DNA of 61,217 nucleotides, counting the filler. It is 6 parts of 6 records of this genome, joined end to end, with 100 filler letters (N's around TTAATTAATTAA, not from the genome) between each part and the next. Parts side by side here need not be neighbours in the genome. Positions count along the whole stretch, not along the records: positions 18,412 to 28,423 come from SRR2962707_3192; positions 28,524 to 35,393 come from SRR2962707_3194; 4 more parts are not named here. One strand, given 5' to 3'. Positions 21,437 to 32,066 of this stretch are shown here, piece after piece. Numbering within the stretch: position 1 is the stretch's first letter; each line of letters begins with the position of its first letter. The notes beneath the pieces were generated by a model. That model searched no databases and had not been told where the DNA came from. It worked only from the letters and a program-made list of their open reading frames with translations. Position numbers and translations under genes: made by a program.

Positions 21437-21492
21437 AGGTGGGACCGGATGGACGAAGCTCCCAAGGGGCGCTTCGTCCAGGGCTGTGCCGC

Positions 21493-22212
21493 TTACTTGG
21501 AAATCCACTGCAGGAACTCGCGACGCTCTTCCGGCGTGGCCTGGTTCCATTGGGCTTTCAAGGTGTCCACGTAGCTGCCGGCCGGTGCCGCCGCTGGTGC
21601 CGCCGAGGAAGACGGAGCGGGAGCTGGCGCGGAGGCCGCTTCCTTGGGCGCGATCACGGCGGCGGGCTTGGGCGCTACCGCTTCGCTGGTGGAGGATTCC
21701 ACCTCGGTGCCGGTGAGTGGCGCCAGAATGCTGCGCTTGAGCACCAGGCCACTGGGCTGGGTCGGGGTCTTTTCGCCGGTGGCGGTGTTTTCCACCCAGC
21801 CGGAGAAGTTGTTCGCCAGTTCCCGGGCTTCGCGGGCGTTTTCCGGCTGCTTGTAGTTCATGGCGTAGTACTGGCCGGCCTTGCCGTTGACCGGGAACAC
21901 CACCGGATCGGATTTCATCACTTCGTGGCTTTCCGAGTTCAGGTCCCACAGTTCCTTGTAGTAGGCCACGATTTCATAGGTGCCGGGGGTCAACTTCAGA
22001 TCCTTGTGGGAGGTGTTGAAGAAGGTGTTGGCGCCTTTTACCTCCTGGCCATTGATGGTGACGACTTCCATCTGGGTCGGGACCCGCACCGTCAATACCT
22101 GGGTGTCCGGCTTTTTCGGGCCATCATAAAGCTGCACCACCGGATTGCGGGCGCAAGCGGTGAGTGCCAGGGTGGCGAAGATCAGGATCAGAAGGGAACG
22201 CGGAGAAGGCAT
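21493..22212 (-). CDS. DUF2057-like lipoprotein
   Basis: Lipobox LTAC; C-terminal LKAQWNQATPEERREFLQW. Confidence 0.8.
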   Translation of the reverse strand: MPSPRSLLILIFATLALTACARNPVVQLYDGPKKPDTQVLTVRVPTQMEVVTINGQEVKGANTFFNTSHKDLKLTPGTYEIVAYYKELWDLNSESHEVMKSDPVVFPVNGKAGQYYAMNYKQPENAREARELANNFSGWVENTATGEKTPTQPSGLVLKRSILAPLTGTEVESSTSEAVAPKPAAVIAPKEAASAPAPAPSSSAAPAAAPAGSYVDTLKAQWNQATPEERREFLQWISK

Positions 22213-22316
22213 GGTGAACTCCCGATAAAACAGGCCCGACAGTGTGCCGATGGCCGGTGAAGGTTTTATGACAATATTCATGACAGTGTGTGCCACGACG
22301 GCAACAGCGGGGCGGG

Positions 22317-22652
22317 TCAAAAGCCCCAGGTTTCCAGATTGGCCGGTGGCTGGCCGCGGTTCAGTTTGTCCAGGCCGCGCAGACCCCGTATTACCCACCA
22401 CACCACCGTGATGGTCAACAATACCCAGCCGATCAGCGCCAGCGTGGTCAGCCCGGAGATGAAGTAATACAACAAGCCGATCCAGAATGTCCGGTACTGG
22501 AAGCGGAAATGGGCGCGGACCGGGTCATCGGTCTGCGGTGCATAGAGGTGCGCGATCACCACCGCCACCAGCGCGGTAAGGCCGCCGGTAAGGATGCCCA
22601 GAAGAAGCAAAACATAGGCCAGTTTACACAGCTGGGTATGATTATCCGGCAT
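22317..22652 (-). CDS. DUF4870-like membrane protein
   Basis: HFRFQYRTFW motif; three TM helices. Confidence 0.75.
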   Translation of the reverse strand: MPDNHTQLCKLAYVLLLLGILTGGLTALVAVVIAHLYAPQTDDPVRAHFRFQYRTFWIGLLYYFISGLTTLALIGWVLLTITVVWWVIRGLRGLDKLNRGQPPANLETWGF

Positions 22653-22722
22653 TGAGGGTCTCCTGATCGGCCGGGCGGGAACCGAACAGCACCTTACCCC
22701 GGCCTTCGCTGCAAATGAAGCA

Positions 22723-23364
22723 TTAGCCGCGATGATCGGCAACGAAAGGATTGTGCTGGCGCTCGTGGCCGATGGTGGACATTGGTCCGTGCCCGGGGAT
22801 GAACGCCACGTCGTCGCCCAGGGTGAACAGCTTGGTCTGGATGGCGTCGATCAGGGTCTGGTAGTCGCCCCGGGGGAAGTCGGTGCGCCCGATGGAGCCG
22901 TTGAACAGCACGTCGCCGACCACCGCCAGTCCGGCTTCCGGCTGGAAGAACACTACGTGCCCGGGAGTATGGCCGGGGCAATGCAATACCTTGAGTTCCG
23001 TCGCGCCGACAGTGACGGTATCGCCGTGTTCCAGCCAGCGGGCGGGAGTGAAGGGGCGAGCGGGTGGAAAACCCATCATCTGTGACTGTTGCGGCAGCAT
23101 GTCGATCCAGAACTGGTCGTCACGGTGGGGCCCTTCGATCGGTACGCCCAGTTCCTCCGCCAGGTCCGCGACACCGCCCACATGGTCCAGATGAGCGTGG
23201 GTCACCAGGATCTTTTCCACCTCGCCGCCGAGCTGCTCGAGAGCCTGGTGAATGCGGGGCAGATCGCCGCCGGGGTCGACGATGGCGACCTTGCCGGTGT
23301 CCTCGCAAACCAGGAAAGAACAGTTCTGTTCATAGGGGGTAACGGGCAGAATGGCGTATTTCAT
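22723..23364 (-). CDS. MBL-fold metallohydrolase (YcbL/GloC-like)
   Basis: [27 protein letters not shown] and PGHG motifs. Confidence 0.92.
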   Translation of the reverse strand: MKYAILPVTPYEQNCSFLVCEDTGKVAIVDPGGDLPRIHQALEQLGGEVEKILVTHAHLDHVGGVADLAEELGVPIEGPHRDDQFWIDMLPQQSQMMGFPPARPFTPARWLEHGDTVTVGATELKVLHCPGHTPGHVVFFQPEAGLAVVGDVLFNGSIGRTDFPRGDYQTLIDAIQTKLFTLGDDVAFIPGHGPMSTIGHERQHNPFVADHRG

Positions 23365-23424
23365 GGCGGATCGGCTTTGAAAAACGGGGCCGACAGTATA
23401 ACCCGAACAGAAAGGAGAGCAGTG

Positions 23425-24180
23425 ATGAGTTCATCTCCCGTAGCCATTGTGACCGGAGCTGGTACCGGCATCGGACGCGCGGTGATGCTGGCGCTGGTGA
23501 GCGCCGGATATCGCGTGGGTGCCGCCGGCCGTAATGGCGAGCGTCTGCGACAGGTGCTGGCGGACGCCGGGCTGGGACCGGATCAGGCGCTGGCCATCGC
23601 CACCGATATCACCGACCCGGATTCGGTGAAGGCCTTGTTCACCGAGGTGAAGGAACGCTACGGCCGGCTCGATTTGTTGTTCAACAACGCTGGTATCGGC
23701 GCTCCGCCGGTGCCGCTGGAAGAGCTGCCGGTGAAGCACTGGCGGGCGGTGGTGGACACCAATCTGACCGGGGCTTTCCTGTGCACTCAGGAAGCGTTCC
23801 GCATCATGAAGGAGCAGGACCCGCAGGGCGGGCGCATCATCAATAACGGCTCGATCTCCGCCACCTCGCCGCGACCGCGTTCGGCCCCCTACACCGCCAC
23901 CAAGCACGCCATGACCGGGCTGACCAAATCCACGTCTCTGGATGGCCGCGCTTACAACATCGCCTGTGGTCAGATCGACATCGGCAACGCCGCCACCGAA
24001 ATGACCGAGCCGATGCGGCGCGGCATCCCCCAGGCCAACGGCGACACCCTGGTGGAGCCGATGATGGACGTGTCCCATGTGGCTGATGCGGTGGTGCACA
24101 TGGCGCGACTGCCGCTGGACGCCAATGTGCAGTTCATGACCATCATGGCCACCAAAATGCCGTTTATCGGGCGGGGTTGA
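23425..24180 (+). CDS. short-chain dehydrogenase/reductase
   Basis: [12 protein letters not shown] and YTATK motifs; AAGGAG RBS. Confidence 0.92.
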   Translation: MSSSPVAIVTGAGTGIGRAVMLALVSAGYRVGAAGRNGERLRQVLADAGLGPDQALAIATDITDPDSVKALFTEVKERYGRLDLLFNNAGIGAPPVPLEELPVKHWRAVVDTNLTGAFLCTQEAFRIMKEQDPQGGRIINNGSISATSPRPRSAPYTATKHAMTGLTKSTSLDGRAYNIACGQIDIGNAATEMTEPMRRGIPQANGDTLVEPMMDVSHVADAVVHMARLPLDANVQFMTIMATKMPFIGRG

Positions 24181-24182
24181 CC

Positions 24183-25370
24183 CTAGCCGGCCTGTTCCGC
24201 CCGCTCCAGTTCGGCGAGGATTTCCTCGTTGTGCTCGCCGAGACGCGGCGGTGGCCGGCGCAGGCTGCCCGGGGTGCGCGACAGATTCACCGGAGCCGTC
24301 GCCAGTAACGCTTCCTTGTCCAGTCCGGGAATGGTCATGGGCTGCAGCATGCCGGTGGCCTGGACCTGGGGATGGGCCAGGGATTGCGCCGGGGACAGCA
24401 CCGGCGCCGAGGGGATGCGCGCCTCCGCCAGCGCGTCCAGCGCCTCGTCGAGGGTGCGTTCCGCGCACCAGGCCGCGATACGCTCACACAGTTCCTCGCC
24501 GTGGGCGCCGCGCCCCTCATCGTCCTGGAAGCGGGGATCTTCCAGCCATTGCGGCTCATCGATCAATGTCGCCAGCCGGCGGAACAGGGGATTGCCCACC
24601 GCCTGCAACACCAGCCAGCCGTCACGGGTCTCGAACAGATCGCCGGGGTTGGTGAAGATACCCCGGTTGCCCGCCGGTTGGCGGTTGCTGGCAACCAGAT
24701 GCTGTTCCACCAGGGGCTGGGCGTGGGCGGACAGCGCGGTATTCAGCAGGGCCCCTGTGACCTCCTGGCCGCGTCCGCTGAGATTGCGTTCCATCAGTGC
24801 CAGCAGGGTGCCGAAAGCCGCATGGGTGGCGGTGGCGTGGTCCACCCAGTTCACCTGGGTGCGGCGGGGTTTACCATCCTCACCACTCAGATACACCCCA
24901 CCGCACATCACCTGGCCGATACTGTCGAAGCCGGGACGGGTGCTCCATGGACCTTGCTGGCCGTAGGCGCTGAGGTTGACCAGGATAATATCCGGCTTGA
25001 TGGCGCTGAGCGTGGCGTAATCCAGGCCCATCTTGCGCAGGGTGGTGGGGGGCAGATTGGCCACCACCACATCGGTGTTGGCCAGCAGCCGGCGCACGAT
25101 GGCGCGGCCCTCATCGCTGGTTACGTCCAGGGCCAGCGAGCGTTTATTGCGGTTCATCTGCAGGTACAAGGCACCGGTGCCGTCGTCGGTCACCGGCATC
25201 AGGAAACGGTCTTCCGCGCCTTCCGGGCGTTCCACCCGGATCACATCGGCGCCGAACTCCGCCAACAGTGCCGCGCAAAAAGGGCCGGCGATGAAACGGC
25301 CGAAATCCAGAACACGGACACCGGTAAGCGGTCCCGCGTTGCCGCCAGCGGGCGGTGTTGTTGTACTCAT
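24183..25370 (-). CDS. CoA-transferase family III (CaiB/BaiF)
   Basis: GVRVLDF...AGPF, NRNKRSLALD, RPGFD and PPRLGEHN motifs. Confidence 0.93.
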   Translation of the reverse strand: MSTTTPPAGGNAGPLTGVRVLDFGRFIAGPFCAALLAEFGADVIRVERPEGAEDRFLMPVTDDGTGALYLQMNRNKRSLALDVTSDEGRAIVRRLLANTDVVVANLPPTTLRKMGLDYATLSAIKPDIILVNLSAYGQQGPWSTRPGFDSIGQVMCGGVYLSGEDGKPRRTQVNWVDHATATHAAFGTLLALMERNLSGRGQEVTGALLNTALSAHAQPLVEQHLVASNRQPAGNRGIFTNPGDLFETRDGWLVLQAVGNPLFRRLATLIDEPQWLEDPRFQDDEGRGAHGEELCERIAAWCAERTLDEALDALAEARIPSAPVLSPAQSLAHPQVQATGMLQPMTIPGLDKEALLATAPVNLSRTPGSLRRPPPRLGEHNEEILAELERAEQAG

Positions 25371-25399
25371 GATCTCTCCCGGTGTCTGTCTTTGTTATG

Positions 25400-25414
25400 A
25401 TTTACACTGTATCA
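25400..25414. promoter_or_regulatory. putative TetR operator 1
   Basis: ATTTACACTGTATCA, similar to the palindromes at 26132 and 26191. Confidence 0.5.
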
Positions 25415-25474
25415 ATAAACCAATATAAGCCCATAACCGAGGTCCGCGCCAATGGCGTGGTTGGGGAGAACCGG

Positions 25475-26122
25475 GTGCCGAAGAAACCGAAGACCAATCA
25501 GGAAGTGGCGGTGTTCCGTAAACGGGTGTGCGATGTCGCCACCCGTTTGTTCATCGAGCATGGGCCGGAGAACGTGACCATGCGGCAGATCGCCGCCGAA
25601 CTGGGCGTCAGCGCGATGACACCGTATCGCTACTTCCGGGACAAGGATGAAATCCTCGCTGCCGTGCGCGCCGCCGCCTATAACAAGTTCGCCTCGTCGT
25701 TGTCACGGGCGGTGAACCGGGCCCCGGATGTCCGTGCCAAGGCCCGCGCCGTGGGCGATGCCTATGTCCGTTTCGCCAAACGCTATCCCGCCGCGTACCA
25801 GATGATGTTCGACTTCTCCATGCAGGACGAGGAGCGCTATCCGGAACTGGTCAAAGCCAATGCCCGTGCCCATGAAACCATGATCGGCTATGTGCAATTA
25901 ATGATTGATGCCGGCCTGCTGCAAGGGGACGCGGATCTGATCGGGTATATGTTCTGGGCCACCATGCACGGCATCGTGGTGCTGGAGATGGCCGGCCGTC
26001 TGGACCGGGAAATCGACGCCGATACCCTGCGTGAGAAGTGCATGCGTACACTGTACGCGGGCATGCTGGCATCGCCGCCCTCACTGGAGCCGGGGCCTCC
26101 GGCGCACGAAGATCAGGCTTGA
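25475..26122 (+). CDS. TetR family regulator (WHG-type C-terminus)
   Basis: VTMRQIAAELGVSAMTPYRYFRDKDEIL HTH; WATMHG; GTG start with GGAG RBS. Confidence 0.9.
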   Translation: MPKKPKTNQEVAVFRKRVCDVATRLFIEHGPENVTMRQIAAELGVSAMTPYRYFRDKDEILAAVRAAAYNKFASSLSRAVNRAPDVRAKARAVGDAYVRFAKRYPAAYQMMFDFSMQDEERYPELVKANARAHETMIGYVQLMIDAGLLQGDADLIGYMFWATMHGIVVLEMAGRLDREIDADTLREKCMRTLYAGMLASPPSLEPGPPAHEDQA

Positions 26123-26128
26123 TCTTTA

Positions 26129-26205
26129 AAGATATACGGTGTAAATCTTACCGCCATCCCGGAGCGATGCGCTTCCGAGCAGACCATTGAATTTACAATG
26201 TAAAT
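26129..26205. promoter_or_regulatory. putative TetR operators 2 and 3
   Basis: AAGATATACGGTGTAAATCTT (26129-26149) and perfect palindrome ATTTACA-A-TGTAAAT (26191-26205). Confidence 0.55.
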
Positions 26206-26266
26206 AAATTTTCAATGTCAATATGAGACCGGCCGCCGACGGGCGCCGGAATGAAGAGGATTTCCC

Positions 26267-27262
26267 ATGGCACTTCCCGCTTCCATCGCCGACCGGCTGC
26301 GTTTGCCGGTACTGTGTTCGCCGCTGTTCATCATCTCCAACCCGGATCTGGTTATCGCCCAGTGCAAATCCGGCGTGATCGGTTCCTTCCCCTCCCTGAA
26401 CGCCCGTCCGCTGTCACAGCTGGACGAGTGGCTGCACCGGATCACCGAGGAACTGGCGGCCTGGGATCGTGATCATCCGGATCAGCCCGCCGCGCCCTTC
26501 GCGGTCAACCAGATCGTGCACAAGACCAATGATCGTCTGGAGCAGGACCTGGAGCTGTGCGAGAAGTACAAGGTGCCGCTGGTGATTACTTCCCTGGGCG
26601 CCCGCGAGGACCTCAATCAGCACGTGCACAGTTGGGGCGGCATCACCCTGCACGACGTCATCAATGATCGCTTCGGCCGCAAGGCCATCGAGAAGGGCGC
26701 GGACGGCCTCATCGCGGTGGCCGCCGGTGCCGGCGGTCACGCCGGCAAGTTGTCGCCGTTCGCTCTGGTTCAGGAATTACGCCAGTGGTTCGATGGTCCG
26801 ATCGGGCTGTCCGGCTCCATCGCCAATGGCCGTTCCATTCTCGCCGCCCAAGCCATGGGCGCGGACCTGGCCTACATCGGCTCCATGTTCATCGCCAGCG
26901 AGGAAGCCAACGCGGCGGAAGGCTACAAGCAGATGATCGTCGACAGCTCCGCCAACGATATCGTCTACAGCAACCTGTTCACCGGCGTGCATGGCAACTA
27001 CCTGGCGCCGTCGATCCGCAATGCCGGCCTTGATCCGGAGGACCTGCCGGAAAGCGATCCGTCGAAAATGAACTTCGGTTCCGGCGGCAACAGCAAGGCC
27101 AAGGCCTGGAAAGATATCTGGGGCTGCGGCCAGGGCATCGGCACGGTGGACAAGGTGACCTCCGCGGCCGAACACGTGGACCGTCTGGCGCGGGAATACG
27201 AAGCCGCCAAGGCCGAGCTCAACGGCAAGGTCGCCTCTCCGGCGCTGCGCGCCGCGAGCTGA
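26267..27262 (+). CDS. nitronate monooxygenase family flavoprotein
   Basis: AVNQIVH, AAGAGGHAG, GADLAYIGS and KAWKDIWGCGQG motifs. Confidence 0.9.
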   Translation: MALPASIADRLRLPVLCSPLFIISNPDLVIAQCKSGVIGSFPSLNARPLSQLDEWLHRITEELAAWDRDHPDQPAAPFAVNQIVHKTNDRLEQDLELCEKYKVPLVITSLGAREDLNQHVHSWGGITLHDVINDRFGRKAIEKGADGLIAVAAGAGGHAGKLSPFALVQELRQWFDGPIGLSGSIANGRSILAAQAMGADLAYIGSMFIASEEANAAEGYKQMIVDSSANDIVYSNLFTGVHGNYLAPSIRNAGLDPEDLPESDPSKMNFGSGGNSKAKAWKDIWGCGQGIGTVDKVTSAAEHVDRLAREYEAAKAELNGKVASPALRAAS

Positions 27263-27267
27263 TCCCG

Positions 27268-27786
27268 ATGACGCATACCCTGATCCTCGGCGGTATCCGT
27301 TCCGGCAAAAGCGCGGAAGCGGAGCAGGCGGCGGCGAACAGCGGCCGCCCGGTGACCTACGTGGCCACCGCCACCGCCGGGGACGGGGAAATGCGGGATC
27401 GTATCGAACGGCATCGCCACCGCCGCCCGGACCATTGGGGGCTGGTGGAAGAACCGCTGGCGCTGGGCCGGGTGCTGCGCGAGCAGGCGCCGGTATCGCC
27501 GTGTCTGCTGATCGACTGCATGAGCCTTTGGCTGAGCAACCTGCTGCACGCCGGCGAGGAACGCTGCCAGAAGGAGCGCGACGATTTCCTTGAGACCCTG
27601 GTCGAGTATCCTGGCCCGGTGGTGATCGTCAGCAATGAAGTGGGGCTCGGCATTATTGGCATGGACCCGCTCACCCGCCGCTTCGGCGATGAACTCGGCT
27701 GGCTCAATCAGGCCCTGGCGCAACGTTGCCAGAATGTACGGCTGGTGGTGGCCGGACTGTCCCTGGACCTGAAATCCGTCACCTGA
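27268..27786 (+). CDS. cobU: adenosylcobinamide kinase/guanylyltransferase
   Basis: GGIRSGKS P-loop, YVATA, EMRDRIERH, LIDC, SNEVGLG and VVAGL motifs. Confidence 0.93.
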   Translation: MTHTLILGGIRSGKSAEAEQAAANSGRPVTYVATATAGDGEMRDRIERHRHRRPDHWGLVEEPLALGRVLREQAPVSPCLLIDCMSLWLSNLLHAGEERCQKERDDFLETLVEYPGPVVIVSNEVGLGIIGMDPLTRRFGDELGWLNQALAQRCQNVRLVVAGLSLDLKSVT

Positions 27787-27983
27787 ATCCGCTACCCGAT
27801 CCGGCTGATCCGGAACGCCTCTCCCCCTTTGACCCAAGCGTCGCCCGGCGCTCATCCGGTTGTCATGTTTGTGCCGGACAGCAACGCTATACTTTTCGCT
27901 ACGCGACCCAGGCGTTACTTAAAAAAGCCATAATCCTTTCCCCGTCTGGGGCGAGTCCGGGAACATACCGCCAAGAGTTGATC

Positions 27984-28334
27984 ATGTTGATGCGATCCTT
28001 TTATATCATGACATTGCCGTTGGTGCTGGCGGCGTGCACGGATGCCGACAGTACTTCTTCCGACGTAAAAAAAGCAGTTCGCGACGGCGCATCCATCTAT
28101 CAACAATACTGTGTGGTTTGTCATTCCAGCGGGGCCGGCGGAGCGCCGATAGTGGCCAAGAAAAACCGCTTGCACTGGTCCCACGAAGTGGAAGAGGAAG
28201 GCTTTGACGCTATCGTGCGCGAGGCCATCAACGGCGTTAACGCGATGCCGCCACGGGGCGGGTGCGTGGATTGCAGCGACGAGGAAATTCGCGCCACCGT
28301 GATTCATATGTTGCAGTTGAGCGGCGCCAAATAA
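27984..28334 (+). CDS. cytochrome c5-like lipoprotein
   Basis: LAAC lipobox, CVVCH and MPPRGGCVDCSDEE; start uncertain. Confidence 0.85.
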   Translation: MLMRSFYIMTLPLVLAACTDADSTSSDVKKAVRDGASIYQQYCVVCHSSGAGGAPIVAKKNRLHWSHEVEEEGFDAIVREAINGVNAMPPRGGCVDCSDEEIRATVIHMLQLSGAK

Positions 28335-28369
28335 GATTCATTGCGGAATAGCGAGAGAGAGTCTCGATC

Positions 28370-28423
28370 GGGGGCACGGGTCTGTACGGAGGTCTTCCGG
28401 GATCGCCGTGAATACGTCCCTGT
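28370..28423. repeat. probable REP-like repeat truncated at contig end
   Basis: CGCCGTGAATACGTCCCTGT resembles, from memory, extragenic repeats of marine Gammaproteobacteria; contig breaks here. Confidence 0.35.
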
Positions 28424-28523
28424 NNNNNNNNNNNNNNNNNNNNNNNNNNNNNNNNNNNNNNNNNNNNTTAATTAATTAANNNNNNNNNNNNNNNNNNNNN
28501 NNNNNNNNNNNNNNNNNNNNNNN
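28424..28523. other. artificial contig spacer
   Basis: N44-TTAATTAATTAA-N44. Confidence 0.99.
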
Positions 28524-28608
28524 AAACTCCGGGGGTTTGGGGGCTGGCCCCCAACCTTATCGCGGTACATGGGCTGGTTCCTGTGCGATCAGACCCTATC
28601 TAAACCCT

Positions 28609-31059
28609 ATGCAAATCCTCCCGCCCCAATTCACTCAATGGTTCGCGCGCAAAAGCTGGACGGTTCATCCCCACCAGCAAGACATGCTTGACCGTGCAGA
28701 TGCGCCAGCCTTGCTCCTGATCGCGCCCACGGGCGGGGGCAAGACCCTGTCCGGCTTCCTCCCCACCCTTGTCGAACTGGCCGATGGCCATCACCAAGGG
28801 ATGCACACGCTTTATATCTCCCCCCTCAAAGCGCTGGCCGCAGATATCAAACGTAACCTCACGACGCCGGTCACAGAAATGGATCTGCCGATCCGCATCG
28901 AAGACCGCACCGGGGACACATCGCAAACACGTAAGCGTCGCCAGCGCGCCGACCCTCCGCATATCCTCCTAACCACCCCCGAAAGCCTCGCCCTGCTCAC
29001 CTCCTACGAGGATGCACCGCGCATGTTCAAAGGCCTGAAACGGGTGGTGATTGACGAAATCCATGCCCTCGCAGAAAGCAAACGCGGCGATCAGCTGATG
29101 CTGGCTTTGACACGCCTGCAAACGCTATGCCCTGACCTGAAACGCGTCGGACTGTCCGCCACCGTCGAAGACCCCGCTGCCATTGCCCACTTCATGGCGC
29201 GCCACCCCGATCCCTGCCCCATTCTCTTGGCGGATCCCGGTCCGCCCCCCGATATTCAAATGCTCCGCACAACCGAGGCCCCGCCGTGGGCTGGCGGCGG
29301 TGCGGCCTATGCGATCCCCGCCGTTCTTGATCAAATCCGCCAACACAACACGACGCTGATCTTTCATAACACCCGCGCACAGGCCGAGATTTTCTTTCAC
29401 AACCTATGGCTGGCAAATGACGACAGCCTGCCCATCGGTATCCATCACGGCTCTCTTGACCGCACCCAGCGTGAACGGGTCGAGGCCGCAATGGTACGCG
29501 GCGATCTGCGGGCAATCGTTTGCACCGGCAGCCTTGATCTGGGCATCGACTGGGGCGACGTTGATCTGGTTATCCAGATCGGCGCGCCAAAGAATGTGAA
29601 ACGCCTTGTCCAGCGGATTGGGCGCGCAAACCACCGCTATAATGCCCCGTCCAAGGCCCTTCTAGTACCAGCCAACCGGTTCGAGGTCGTTGAATGCGTC
29701 GCAGCACTTGAAGCCGTATTGGACGGAGAGCTGGACGGAGAACCTCGCGGCCCCGGCCCCCGCGACGTACTGTGCCAGCACATCCTGATCACGGCCTGCG
29801 CAGGTCCTTTCGACGCAGATGCATTATTTACCGAGGTTACCTCAGCCGGCGCATATGCCGCGCTGACCCGATCCGAATTCGATGCCTGTCTCGATTTTTG
29901 CGCGACGGGGGGCTACGCATTGCGGGCCTACGACAAATGGCAACGCCTGATGCAAAGGGACGGGTTGTGGTCTTTGCGTGATCCCCGCGCCAGCCAACGC
30001 ATCCGCATGAACATCGGCACGATCCAGGATACAGATACCCTAAAAGTACGCATGAAACGCAACCGCGGCGGCAAACCTCTGGGCGAGATCGAAGAAGGCT
30101 TTGCCGCGTCCCTCACGCCCGGCGATACATTTTTGATCGGCGGCCAAATCGTGAAATACGAAGGCCTGCGCGAAATGACCGTCGAAGTCAGCCGCGACTC
30201 CGCCAAAAAGCCCCGCATTGCCTCTTTCATGGGCACGAAATTCGCCACCTCAACGCAGCTTTCAGCGCGGGTTCAGCGGATGTTCACCCAAGCCAGCTGG
30301 CCCGAACTGCCTGACCACACCGCTGATTGGCTGGCCCTCCAACGCGAGGTCAGCCAATTGCCCCAGCCGGGCCGTTTGTTGATCGAAAGCTTTCCCCATG
30401 ACGGACATGCCCAAACCGTGATCTACGGCTTTGCCGGACGTAACGGCCAGCAAACTCTTGGTCTGCTCCTGACCAAACGGATGGAAGATTTTGGGTTAAA
30501 CCCTCTGGGCTTTGTCGCGACAGATTATGCGACATTGATTTGGGGTCTCGATACTGTCACAGACCCCGCGCCCCTGTTTGACCCGATCTCACTGCATGAC
30601 GGGCTTGATACGTGGCTGGCAGGAAACGCCATGATGAAACGGACGTTCCGCGCGTCAGCCACGATCGCCGGACTGATCGAACGCAACACGCCCCAATCCC
30701 GCAAATCAGGCAGACAGGCGACCTTCAGTTCCGATATCCTCTATGACACGCTTGCCAAATACGACCCCGATCATCTTATGCTCGACATCACACGCCAAGA
30801 AGCCCTGCGCGGGTTGGTCGATTTTGGTAGAATCCAAGAGATGCTTGCGCGCATTGAAGGGCGGATTGACCATAGAGTTTTAGGCAAAGTCAGCCCCCTC
30901 GCCGCCCCGCTCTTTTTGGAACCTGGGCGCGTTCCAGTAAAAGGGGCCGCCGAAGAAAAATTGCTTGCCAAGGAGGCCGCACGTTTGATGGAAGCGTCAG
31001 GGCTGGCCAATATTACGCCCAGCCCCTCCGACAAACCTCGGTGGCGGGTGGGGCCATAA
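28609..31059 (+). CDS. ligase-associated DNA damage response DEXH-box helicase (Lhr-like)
   Basis: APTGGGKT, SPLKAL, TTPESL, DEIH, LSAT, HHGSL, SLDLGID and QRIGRANH motifs; upstream of pdeM. Confidence 0.93.
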   Translation: MQILPPQFTQWFARKSWTVHPHQQDMLDRADAPALLLIAPTGGGKTLSGFLPTLVELADGHHQGMHTLYISPLKALAADIKRNLTTPVTEMDLPIRIEDRTGDTSQTRKRRQRADPPHILLTTPESLALLTSYEDAPRMFKGLKRVVIDEIHALAESKRGDQLMLALTRLQTLCPDLKRVGLSATVEDPAAIAHFMARHPDPCPILLADPGPPPDIQMLRTTEAPPWAGGGAAYAIPAVLDQIRQHNTTLIFHNTRAQAEIFFHNLWLANDDSLPIGIHHGSLDRTQRERVEAAMVRGDLRAIVCTGSLDLGIDWGDVDLVIQIGAPKNVKRLVQRIGRANHRYNAPSKALLVPANRFEVVECVAALEAVLDGELDGEPRGPGPRDVLCQHILITACAGPFDADALFTEVTSAGAYAALTRSEFDACLDFCATGGYALRAYDKWQRLMQRDGLWSLRDPRASQRIRMNIGTIQDTDTLKVRMKRNRGGKPLGEIEEGFAASLTPGDTFLIGGQIVKYEGLREMTVEVSRDSAKKPRIASFMGTKFATSTQLSARVQRMFTQASWPELPDHTADWLALQREVSQLPQPGRLLIESFPHDGHAQTVIYGFAGRNGQQTLGLLLTKRMEDFGLNPLGFVATDYATLIWGLDTVTDPAPLFDPISLHDGLDTWLAGNAMMKRTFRASATIAGLIERNTPQSRKSGRQATFSSDILYDTLAKYDPDHLMLDITRQEALRGLVDFGRIQEMLARIEGRIDHRVLGKVSPLAAPLFLEPGRVPVKGAAEEKLLAKEAARLMEASGLANITPSPSDKPRWRVGP

Positions 31060-31095
31060 TGGCCACCGTCTTTCACTGATTTAACGTTAGAATTT

Positions 31096-31273
31096 TGAGT
31101 ATTTTTAAAAGGGTGAAGATCGGAAGACGTCCCGGTCCAGACCTTACAGCCAACCAAGACGCCTTCACCCTTTACGGCCATCGGCTCTCCAGCCTGTACC
31201 GCACCATCAGCCTAAGCGCGGCGTAGTTAATGACGCGTAAACGCCTTCGGCTTCACCCTTTTTAAAATACTCA
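31096..31273. repeat. inverted-repeat-bounded intergenic element
   Basis: TGAGTATTTTTAAAAGGGTGAAG (31096-31118) and CTTCACCCTTTTTAAAATACTCA (31251-31273), 22/23 complementary. Confidence 0.75.
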
Positions 31274-31349
31274 TAGCGGCACCATCACGGCCGATGACAA
31301 CGCTGGCGATCCTCTTGCAGTTGGCGCATCTATACACCATGAACGAAGC

Positions 31350-32015
31350 ATGAACCCAGGTTATGATTTTTCCCTTTCCGGCGCGCGGTTAACGGCGCTT
31401 GGCTCTGGCGCGCTTTGGTGGGCCGAACACCGCTTGCTATGTGTTTCTGATCTGCATTTGGGCAAATCCGAGCGCATCGCGCGCCGCGGCGGCAGTACAT
31501 TACCCCCGTATGAGACGCGCGATACATTGACCAAGCTGGCTCATGATCTGGAACGCTGTAACCCGCAGACCCTTGTGGCCTTGGGCGATAGTTTTGATGA
31601 TTTAGGCGCGGCAGATGCTTTGCCTCCAGACGAACGTGACTGGATCGCCAAGCTACAGGCCGGGAGAAAATGGATCTGGATTGAGGGCAACCACGACCCG
31701 GGGCCCGTAGAGCTTGGGGGGGAGCATCTGAGCGAGTTGCAACTTGGCGCGTTGTCTTTTCGGCACATCGCGACGCCCGGAGCGCAGGGCGAGATTTCGG
31801 GGCATTATCATCCCAAAGCGACGCTAAACCTGAAGGGGCGAAACATCTCAAGGCCCGCGTTCGTTTATGACAGTGCCCGCCTTATCCTGCCCGCCTACGG
31901 CACCTATACCGGTGGACTAAGGACAAGTTCGGACCCGATCCGGTCCCTTATGTCATCACAGGCCTGTGCCGTTCTCACAGGGGCGCATCCCACCGCCGTA
32001 CCGATGCCGCGATAG
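31350..32015 (+). CDS. pdeM: ligase-associated metallophosphoesterase PdeM
   Basis: SDLHLGK, LPPYE, LGDSF, GNHD, SGHYHPK and LPAYG motifs. Confidence 0.9.
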   Translation: MNPGYDFSLSGARLTALGSGALWWAEHRLLCVSDLHLGKSERIARRGGSTLPPYETRDTLTKLAHDLERCNPQTLVALGDSFDDLGAADALPPDERDWIAKLQAGRKWIWIEGNHDPGPVELGGEHLSELQLGALSFRHIATPGAQGEISGHYHPKATLNLKGRNISRPAFVYDSARLILPAYGTYTGGLRTSSDPIRSLMSSQACAVLTGAHPTAVPMPR

Positions 32016-32066
32016 CTGGTTGCATGTTCTTCAGAATATGCCAGCTTGTGGCCAAAGGAGCATTCC

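Noticed and set aside
28609-32015. Helicase plus nuclease as a novel defence system
   Set aside because: Matches the known ligase-associated Lhr/PdeM DNA repair pair in a housekeeping context
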